The notes beneath the pieces were generated by a model. It worked only from the letters and a program-made list of their open reading frames with translations. It was not told where the DNA came from and ran no database searches. A DNA stretch of 63,097 nt, the filler included. It is 11 parts of 11 records of this genome, joined end to end, with 100 filler letters (N's around TTAATTAATTAA, not from the genome) between each part and the next. Parts side by side here need not be neighbours in the genome. Positions count along the whole stretch, not along the records: positions 6,129 to 14,922 come from SRR9670534_1202; positions 15,023 to 19,483 come from SRR9670534_1208; positions 19,584 to 22,067 come from SRR9670534_1212; positions 22,168 to 28,845 come from SRR9670534_1216; 7 more parts are not named here. One strand, written 5' to 3'. Position numbers and translations under genes: made by a program. Position 1 is the stretch's first letter. Each line of letters opens with the position of its first letter. Below are positions 12,755-25,069 of the stretch, piece after piece.

Positions 12755-14770
12755 TCAAAAATGATTGCTTTTAACGATGTTCCAAACTTGGCTGGCTAAA
12801 CCATGCATGCTAAGCCATACATCCTCATTAAATTTGGTAAAAAACGCTCTGCCATCAGCATCTTCTAGCAGCTCAAACACAACGAATAATTCATAACAGT
12901 GCCCGAATGCTCCCATTGCTTTCACATTGTTTCGATAAGCTGTCAGCGAAGATACAGTGGAAGTACAAGTATTACTTGAGCTACTAATCTTCTTTTTTGG
13001 TAAAGTTAAATCCATGACTCGATATCCTCGGTCATCTTCGACCCATATTTCATAGGCAAAAACAGTTCTACCAAAGCGCTTCATAACTCTTTGCCATTCA
13101 TGATCACCAAAGAGTTTTATGCAGGTACCCACAAATTCTGAAAATTTGTTGCAAATATTACCGGCTAAACTCGCTGGAGAAGGTGTGTAGCAAAAATCGT
13201 TATTTCTATCGATATACAGAAGGTGGGCAAGTTTTAAGTAAGAACTCAAAAAGGGTTTGCTTCTATGAAAATTTTCAGGAACAATAGCGCCAAGGGTAAG
13301 ATTTCTTTGGCACTTCACAAAAATATAATCAATAACATCATCTAAAACAGGACGAATGCTTGCAATTATTCGGTTCCAGTATGCTTCAGAAGTTAATGGT
13401 TTAACACTGTACACATTTCGAAGTACTTTTAGTAATTTGACTCGTAACTGGTATAAGAGGAAGACGTTTTTTGGTTTCGATATTTCTGGTGACAAATCTT
13501 CACAGATACTACGTATAATATTATTTTCATTATCGGACATCCTGACATTTTGTAAAATCATCTTTGCATTAAAACGAATTTTTTCAATAACTAGCTTACT
13601 TTTCGTTTCATCTAACTGTTCATCTTCGTTGTAAGTCTCAAAATACTCAAAAAAATCTCGTAAATACCAGATGCATTTTTCAAATCGGTGAGGTTGCACA
13701 ATGCAAACTGAAACGCCCTCGTAAAGCGGTAGAATTGAGACATGAAAAGGAGTCAAAAGTTCTGTTAGATTTCCACTCAAAAATATAGTCAAATGCCTCT
13801 TTGCATTTCGAAACAAAACATCTGTATCTGTAGATTCTATGTAATTATACACGGTATCGGTATAACTACGTGAGCGTTTTCCAGATATACTTGGTGGTAT
13901 TGGAGATTCTGAAGCTGCTGAATAAAAGTCTTCAGAATCTTCAGAGTCTTCATTGCCACTATTATCAAAAACATCTTCATCTAATACACACTCTCTTCTG
14001 GAGAATACCAAATGTAGAAGAAATAGCTTTCTAACATCATTTGGAGATAGATTTCCAGTACCATGTAGTAACTGTTCTTTGGTAAAAATATAAATAGCAC
14101 TAACATCTTTGTCGTGGATGTACTGTGAAATATCACGAATCAAAAGTTCCATAACCGTTTTGACTTGACTGCTAACCAAAAGAGGTTCAATGCATCGCAG
14201 CTTTAATAAACGAATATCACTACTATTACTGCAAAAGTTTTCATCTTCATTATCGTTGTTGTTGTTGTTGTTCTTATTATTCTTCTTTTTAGAAGTGATA
14301 TTGCAAAGTTCTTCACAAATTTTTGCAAGTAGCAGTTTTGTTTCGATATTTCCATTAACCAAACAAGTCTCAACACAAAAACCAAACACGTTTGAGCAAA
14401 ATAGGCATTTAATCATATTCATAAACTCAAGACAAAGGAAATCAAAGTCTTTAGGTACTAAAAAAATAACTAAATATGATTGTCCAATATAATGGAAGAA
14501 AAATGATCCTTCTTCCCCCAAAGAAACTTCTTCATACGGCATTTTCATGGCGTCCTTCATAAAAATATTAGATAGATATAACGTTGAAAATAACTGACTA
14601 ACAATATCTCTACAAAGCCTTTTTTCCAAATTACGGGACTTCGGACATTGTTCACCTTTGGTCAGTAATAATTCGTTCTCCATCGCAGATTTTCGTAATA
14701 AAGTGTCAGCATTTTCATCAACAAAATAAAAATGTAGTGTACATTCCCGAAATATGAATACACCAAACAT
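12755..14770 (-). CDS. HPS1: Hermansky-Pudlak syndrome 1 protein homologue (BLOC-3 subunit), single exon
   Basis: 671-aa ORF with HPS1-like segments DYIFVKCQRNLTL, LAHLLYIDR, YEIWVEDDRG and CYELF in the expected order; N-terminal longin-like start. Confidence 0.75.
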   Translation of the reverse strand: MFGVFIFRECTLHFYFVDENADTLLRKSAMENELLLTKGEQCPKSRNLEKRLCRDIVSQLFSTLYLSNIFMKDAMKMPYEEVSLGEEGSFFFHYIGQSYLVIFLVPKDFDFLCLEFMNMIKCLFCSNVFGFCVETCLVNGNIETKLLLAKICEELCNITSKKKNNKNNNNNNDNEDENFCSNSSDIRLLKLRCIEPLLVSSQVKTVMELLIRDISQYIHDKDVSAIYIFTKEQLLHGTGNLSPNDVRKLFLLHLVFSRRECVLDEDVFDNSGNEDSEDSEDFYSAASESPIPPSISGKRSRSYTDTVYNYIESTDTDVLFRNAKRHLTIFLSGNLTELLTPFHVSILPLYEGVSVCIVQPHRFEKCIWYLRDFFEYFETYNEDEQLDETKSKLVIEKIRFNAKMILQNVRMSDNENNIIRSICEDLSPEISKPKNVFLLYQLRVKLLKVLRNVYSVKPLTSEAYWNRIIASIRPVLDDVIDYIFVKCQRNLTLGAIVPENFHRSKPFLSSYLKLAHLLYIDRNNDFCYTPSPASLAGNICNKFSEFVGTCIKLFGDHEWQRVMKRFGRTVFAYEIWVEDDRGYRVMDLTLPKKKISSSSNTCTSTVSSLTAYRNNVKAMGAFGHCYELFVVFELLEDADGRAFFTKFNEDVWLSMHGLASQVWNIVKSNHF

Positions 14771-15180
14771 TATAAAGAAAAATAAGGAAAATGGCTTTGT
14801 AGTTTAGGAACTTTGTATAATTTTTGTTTGACTCAGTCAACTTGACTTATTAAGCCATTTAGGTAATTTTCGTTTCTTCAAAACTTTTTCCTATTGTAAA
14901 AAATAATGTATACAGTACATAGNNNNNNNNNNNNNNNNNNNNNNNNNNNNNNNNNNNNNNNNNNNNTTAATTAATTAANNNNNNNNNNNNNNNNNNNNNN
15001 NNNNNNNNNNNNNNNNNNNNNNTTATATATGTAATAATTATTATTCATATTTATAAAATATATTTAATAATTATAATTACTTTAACTATACATGTATAAT
15101 ATACTCTTACAGATATACTAAATGAAGTTAAAATTTGAAATTTAAATTTCAAAATTTAAATTTTAAATTTAAAGACAAAC

Positions 15181-18100
15181 TTCTTTTCCATTAACAATTA
15201 TAGTAGATGGTGAAATGACAAAATCTACTGCTTTCCATTTGTCGGTAGGTGCAGCTTCAATTATTTTATCAATTGCGGCATGCAAAATCGAAATACCTAA
15301 ATTATGCAAGAGGCGTAAAGAACATCATAAAAGAAGTATTGACAAATGAAGATGTAGTACCCGTAGGTTTTGGCACAACAACTCGACCCACATAAAAGGA
15401 ACCAACAACACGTCTCTTGGGTTCTTCCATTGGAGTTGGAAAACATGATGACACTACAATAATTCCGTAATTATAATATAGCACTCTCAGTTCTTTTTTG
15501 CATGTTAGTAGTGTTCAAAAAAACTTTCTCATTACTATTATTAATAATAATGCCCAGTGATGTTTGCGCGCTCGTACTAACAAATAATTCAACGATAATA
15601 CCCAAAGGAGTTGAAGAAATCGAACTCTGGTTCCTTACAGGAAGGCTTTTGGGTCTGTTACTGCAAAAAAAAACACATTAAAACTTATTATTACTATTAA
15701 TAATTAATAATAAGCTGGAGAATCTGTAATTATTAATACGGATTACCTAAGTCTATTGAAGTGATTTGAATAGGGATAGTGCTCAAAGGAATCTCTTTGG
15801 TGCTGCTGTCTTCTGATAATGGCTCGTTCGCACTTTTCCTTCAAAATTTTGGCAATATATTTTGCTGGGCCATCACATCGAAAAACATGACAGAGATACT
15901 TTCCACTTCCCAAATCACGCGAAACATATGCAAAATCACTACAATGAGTCAGTAACTCAATTATCATACATTTATTACTTATGAAGAGACTAACGACGAA
16001 TAATTGGTAATAATAATAACATTCATGCTAACAAACAAGACATTTTGTCCTTACCGTTCTCTACATGTGATGAAAAGCAGCAGAAAAATACAGGTGTTAT
16101 TAATCAGCAATTATCATTATTATTAATAATTAATAACTTTTACTAATAATAAGTATGCTACCTGCCATTATCTCGACCAACACCCCAGACTTTAATTTCA
16201 CTGATAATCTGGTCGTGCAAAGTCACAAGGTTTTGGGGATCTATCAAGCGCAAATTACTATCGTCAATCTCTATGACTAAATCCTTGCCCTACGCATTGA
16301 TAATTAATAAAGTATTGCTTTATTATTAATAATAACAAGAAAGATATGCAAATCCTCACCTGACCCCATTGGGCAATATTGTCTAGGGTTACATCCTTCT
16401 TACTGGATAATTCCACAATGCAATTATTTACGGCCTTACTGCTTACTTCAGGAGTTGACAACTCTTTTCCTGGGATTTCAACCCAACCATGTGATTGGAC
16501 AGTATAGCGATTGACCTTCTTTAATTTAGCACTACAAATTAATAAAGCATAGTTCTGAGTCAGAACTTCTGACTCGGGAGGAATTGATTAGCAAGCAATT
16601 AATTTCTTACTGATCTTCAAAGGAAACCGTTTTCTTCATAGAATTATGACTTTCTTCAGGAACACTGAAGACTGATGTTAAATTACTTTTTCTTCCTTTA
16701 CTCTTCTCTTCCTGAATGTTGCAAATGATAAAAATGAATGTTTACTATTATCGCATTTATTCAATATTAATAACAATATATTGCTCATAGACGTTATGTA
16801 AACGTTATGTTTATTAATCAATAATCACTTAATAATAAGAAATGATAAGATTCATATTACATTGAACGAACATTTAATAAGGAAATTCCAAAAGCACTAA
16901 CTAGAAAATCCACGCTGTGGGATCTGGAAGGTCGATTATTATTGTCACAGCCGACAACTACGTCTGGTGGTTCTCTTTGTATAGTTCCGGAAGGCAAATG
17001 CCAAAAATACGGACCTTCTTCATCTTCACACCTTTTCCAACCAGCAGTCTGCATTGCTGAGCTTTCAGAAATGCCTGAATCATTTGACACTCCACTCGGA
17101 GAAGTAACTCTGAAATATACACTGTTCTAATGAAGCAAATAGAAACTGTACATACAACCATAGAAACTTAACGATATTTGAGTGCCTCTTGAGGCATAGG
17201 AATTCTCAAAGGTTAATACCGACTGCATAGCATTATAGATGGTCAATACTGACTAACAAGCTAACTAGTAGCAGATATTGATGTAATACACGATAATATC
17301 CTTTATTAAGCTGGACTCTTTCAATTCATTACTACCACAATCATTATAATGTACGACATGATATATAGATAGTACATTGTATCTACTAGAATACAACAAC
17401 GATTTACAACATAAGTGGTCTAGAAACTTGTAGATGGGCTTGCTGGAAGGCATTGTGCCTAACAGCCCAAAAGTTAATTCGATTATAGCAGCCACAAATG
17501 TGGTGAAGACAAATGCTTATTATAAATTGATTTTCGCAAATCTCTTGGTAAGTCCTTGAAAATGAGTCACACGTGGTGAGTCATAGAAATTGGACTGACT
17601 TGTGAGTATGAACAAATTACTTACCCTGGGTAGGCTAAATTTTAATTAAAATAGGCTATTTTAGTACTGTACATGGTGCGCTGTAGTAAAAGCATGTTCA
17701 TTGTCTATATGTAATAAAAGACATCTTACAACAATATCTGTTCTAACTGAGAAAAGAGAGAGTCATCAACTTCTTGATCTTGTACATAATTTTCTCCATA
17801 AGAACAAGATGTCATTAAATCGTCTTCTTCCCATGCATCGTCGTCGTCGATTGGATCTGAAATGTGGTAGTAACTTACTAGTAAGTATGTTACGCCTGAA
17901 CTCATAATTTGGTACGTAATAACATGATACAATACGTTATTATTATAGCAATTACCCCGTTCAATGGAATCTTCAGACAGTGAAGAACAGTTGTCAAAGT
18001 CACTATGTTCGTTATCAGAAGTACTTAGTAGACAACCTTCACCATTATTTTTAGTAGGCCCATTTATGACAGTGTTCACTATAGTTTCTCGAAAAGCATC

Positions 18101-18298
18101 TTCAATGATGGTAGAGCTGTCTTCGTCATTTTCAACATTACTGTCGATTACAGTAAGAATTTGTTCATCCTGGCACTTTTTCAATCCCATGTCGTTTAAA
18201 CTTAGTTTAGCATATCCTTTCCTACGACTTTTAGGCACGGTATTGCAGCAAACATCTGCTTCACAGTTTGGGGAGTTTTTCGAATTTTCATGTTCCAT
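15181..18298 (-). CDS. APBB: APBB/FE65-family adaptor (WW-PTB1-PTB2), multi-exon, 3' end truncated by contig end
   Basis: WW domain AGWKRCEDEEGPYFWHLPSGTIQREPP; PTB1 SSKAVNNCI, IKVWGVGRDNG and DFAYVSRD..KYLCHVFRCD; PTB2 start FPTPMEEPK..YVGRVVVPKPTG. Assignment of the 17726-18298 ORF as the first exon is less certain. Confidence 0.88.
16055..16060 (-). CDS. APBB: 6-nt microexon (AGAACG) of the APBB gene
   Basis: Minus strand reads TTTTTCTGCTGCTTTTCATCACATGTAG|AGAACG|GTAAGG, between phase-2 exon boundaries at 16162 and 15938. Inclusion gives GRDNG-RER-DFAY. Confidence 0.85.
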
Positions 18299-19679
18299 GC
18301 TTATAAGTAACTATCAATTACATACAGTCGATGAACTCATAAATACATAAGATCATAACTTTAGGAACGTCTTCCCATTCACTTATAGGTATCTCAAATA
18401 ACAAACAACAGCGTGAACAAAACAACAAGACATTGTCAAACGTCAGAGATACTGAAACAACAAAAACTTTGTAGGTACCATGTAATTTCACATACCTACA
18501 TAGTACAGTATGTAGGTGTGTGTACCTACCCATGTACATTCATGTAGGTAATGTACAAAAGCTTAGTAACAAAATACAGCATAGCTATGTACCTAGGTAC
18601 CGTATGTACATTCATGTACATTTCGAATGAGTGTGACAGAGTCATGTATTGTACTGTCATGTCATGTACTCATTGAGTCGTGTATGTACTGTACAAAAGC
18701 ACAGCCTGTGCTGCACAGGTACTCTTGGAATGCAATAATTGGATACTTACCCACGTTTTTAGTTCGGCTAAAAAGGCATACTTAAGAGCCACCTAAGCTT
18801 TATTAGTAATTATTAGTAATAATTATTAGTAATAATTTATTACCGCCATAATTAATACGGTGGTCGTAACAATAAGCATGACGCGTTAAACCACGACCGT
18901 ATTAACTGGATACGTTAAACGCTATTAAACGGTATTATTGAAAAATTGACAAGATACATATCTACTGTACCATGTACATGACATGTACTACATGTGTACA
19001 ATGTACACTGTACGTGTAGGTATGTACATTGACAGATGCATATGTACCTAATGCCACAACGTTTATTACTTATAGGTACGTAATACTTATCGTAATAGGT
19101 AACATGTTGCAATTGTAATTCCATATTGTACAAGCACTTACATAGCGTAAGAGTACTTATAATATAAGTCTTATATACAATATATCATATTTTTTTACTA
19201 ATATGATATAATGATCTCTTTAATCTAGAATAATAAGTTTGATTAATTAACTTAATACAAAGATATTCTTTTGATATATTAATACTATTATTATAATCTT
19301 TATTAATGTATTTTTCTAATTAGCAAATAACAATTTTTTTTGAATTAATAAAAAACATTGTATTTATTAGTATATAATAATATATAGTATTTAAATTAAA
19401 TATTGTACTATATATGATTAGACTATATATTTTATATTTGTTATATGTAATGTAGCGTGTACCGACATCTGATCGCATGACATNNNNNNNNNNNNNNNNN
19501 NNNNNNNNNNNNNNNNNNNNNNNNNNNTTAATTAATTAANNNNNNNNNNNNNNNNNNNNNNNNNNNNNNNNNNNNNNNNNNNNCGGGTGTTACACTTGGA
19601 AAGGTTTCCTTGTAAGCCATTATTAACTTATATTGGTTATGAGTTATTATTAATTGGCTATTAATTAATAACAAATTAG

Positions 19680-19859
19680 GTTATGGGAATAGCATTCCTA
19701 GATACCTTTGAAGAAATTTTGGGGAAGAATAAATTTCAATACAACGACAGAAAAGCCTGGACTTCTTTCTGGAATGCAGTGACAGGAACAATGCTAGATG
19801 GCTATCAAGATGTAAACAGTGAATATGTTAGAAAGCTACACGTGGATCGCACCATGTAA
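19680..19859 (+). CDS. Globin gene A, last exon (G and H helices)
   Basis: After acceptor AATTAG: VMGIAFLDTFEEILGKNKFQYNDRKAWTSFWNAVTGTMLDGY...*. Phase-0 start fits the G7.0 intron; AW in helix H. Not in the ORF track. Confidence 0.8.
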   Translation, partial: VMGIAFLDTFEEILGKNKFQYNDRKAWTSFWNAVTGTMLDGYQDVNSEYVRKLHVDRTM

Positions 19860-21071
19860 AATTTACGTTTTGTATGTTGCTAACAATGAATGAGTGAATG
19901 ACGTAGAAACCACGCCCTAGTAATAACAGATGTCCCTATTGTTAGTGTATTTTATAGTTTGTCGGTAATAATCCTCTTTTCCACTAACAATGTCATTATT
20001 AATATAATACCTATGGTAGTCTACTATTAGTAGATTTATGCCGCTGATAAGACTGTTTTCTTCATCATAGTTCTGGCAGAGTAGATTTAATTTTTTTACA
20101 TCCTGTACAACTAAACCATATAGAATTTATGTGCTATGGTCAGTTCCATTTTGGAATTTTCAAACCGTTGTATAGGTAAAAACGGATTTAATAATAATGG
20201 AACATAATTTTTAGTAACGTCTACAACTATATTTACAAGCTTCAAATAACGTGAATAATACAACAATACATGTTTTTTTTCTAGAAGTTGACGTATCAAG
20301 AATAAAGCTGTCACTTTAGTCATGTACCTATTTTATTGGCTATTTTATTTCTATAGAATAGTATTCTAAGAATACTATCGTTACGATACAATTGACATTT
20401 ATCATGCCAATAAAAATTGGGATAGTTTGAACTCAGCTGCGCATTTGTTATTTGATTGAAAAAGAAAACAAATGCAAAACTTTAGTCAACCGTGTCAATC
20501 TAACATGAAAAGAATTGCGATATGCATTATTGAATCAAAATGCAACTATTGGTAACCAGCTATCCTATATAGCATACCCTTGCCCACTGTATAAAGGTAT
20601 ATTAATTTATTCAGGCTTTCGCTGCTGCAGGCACCAAAACATTATCAACCATGAAAAAAAGCAAGTGGCAAATCGTCAGGTAAATACGATTCAAATGCTA
20701 TACTACTATGTATTGATTATTAAAAATAGGAAGGAAGTTTTCACAAGAGGGTCTTCAAAATGTATTTGTTTGTTTGTGGAAATAAAGATGATTAGCTTGG
20801 TTTGGAAGCTCTATTGTCAGTGTGATACACAATAATGAACATCTACAAAAGAGTGGCCCGTGTAAACAACAATGATGGTGTTTATAAAATGAAAAGTTCC
20901 TTCCTATAAGGTTATTATTACGAGATAGGTTGATGTGTTTATCCGACAATAATAGTTATTGTTGGAAGATAGCCATCTGGGCTTGCTGTCACAATATATT
21001 TATTATAATAAATTTATAAATTTATCTTTTTATTATGACGACATTTTGAAAATATTATTAATATTCACAAT

Positions 21072-21226
21072 ATGGAAAATCGCATAACTCGCCGTAGAGG
21101 GTCAATTGCAGAATATAAATTATCAGCTGGTGGACAAATCGTTGCATCTGCCGAAGAAATTGCATTGGTACAGGGTACCTGGAAATACCTGGATAATCAA
21201 CAACATTCAGTTTTCCTATTCATGAA
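21072..21226 (+). CDS. Globin gene B, first exon (A and B helices)
   Basis: MENRITRRRGSIAEYKLSAGGQIVASAEEIALVQGTWKYLDNQQHSVFLFM, then a phase-2 GTAAGT donor matching the canonical B12.2 intron; LVQxTW helix A signature. Confidence 0.75.
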
Positions 21227-22454
21227 GTAAGTATAAATACTTCTCTATTTATTAGGCTATTACTCAATTAACAATAATTTGCTTCTATTATTATAATAAT
21301 ATATTATTAACAATGAAACTGATATAATAATAAAACTAGTATACGATATTATTATAATAATAATATTAAATTTTCAGTATAGTTTCATTATAAAAACTAG
21401 GTAAATATTCGAAATTATTATTACTAATGGTAAGTGTTTCGTTTAATTATAACTATGCTGACTGTCAGGTAACAAGGTACAGTACGCTGTATAATAAGGT
21501 TTCCATTGAAATCATTTTCAAGATCTTCATCAATTTACTGCATTGCTCTTGCAATGTAACGATGTTGTTACTATAGTATATTATTGGTGGTGGTACTTTA
21601 TTAATAATAACTACACTTTGTTATTATTAATTAATCATTAATAATGATAACAATAAGCAATTAACAAACCCCAATAAATGTAATGAATGAAGTGTTGCTA
21701 CGAAGTCCTTGTCTCTCTTTATTATCACAAATTTTGCTTGCACCTGAGGAAACTAAATTCCAGTGGTAGAATAATATGCCGTATTAAATACCTGTTGGTA
21801 TTTTTGGCATAGTCGTTTTGCTCATTATTGTTGTGTGTGACATGATTTATAACAGGGTTTTATAATATGATCTATTGTGATTGCTGAAAGGAATTCCAAC
21901 CTACTCACTTACTAATCCGTTCGCAATACCTAGGTAAGCACATTGGAATCATTGTTATGATGCAGTTTAGGCGGTCGCAAATTGACACTGCCGCTACCAA
22001 CAACAACACACAAAGTATAGTAGTTCGAACTAAAGATCTTTATCATTATTAATAATAATAATAATAANNNNNNNNNNNNNNNNNNNNNNNNNNNNNNNNN
22101 NNNNNNNNNNNTTAATTAATTAANNNNNNNNNNNNNNNNNNNNNNNNNNNNNNNNNNNNNNNNNNNNTAATATGCATATTATAATACATGTAATATCTAA
22201 CGGCTAATGTAGCAAAAATATTTATAATAAACCATTTTAAATTCGTCCAATCTTGTGACCTCGGCTTTTATTCTGATCGGCTAATAGGCGCGGAAATACG
22301 GCATGTATGTAGATGTAGGTACGTTACGTAAGATACATACTACAGTAGCTATAGCGGTGTTTGAAACGCGTGTTACACCACTGGTTTAGTGTAATTTACC
22401 CATATCAAATTTTGCATTTGTTACCTATTAATAATAAAAATTACAAATATTTAG

Positions 22455-24877
<2,423 letters not shown>

Positions 24878-25069
24878 CCCGTTTTGTGCACTTTCTTTTA
24901 AATTTCTTCATATATAACCATTGATATCACGTTTATTTATATCTTTCTATCTCATATTGTCACTCTCATTGGATTTTTTTTATCATTAATTTGAATTTTT
25001 GCATAATTATTAATCAATTTTGGCATTATTAATGATTACTTTTTATCGTAGAAGAAAGAGCTTTAAAAG

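Noticed and set aside
18852-18906. Short inverted repeat TTAATACGGT...ACCGTATTAA
   Set aside because: Only 10-bp perfect arms, single copy in the window, no TSD; too weak to call a MITE or pre-miRNA.
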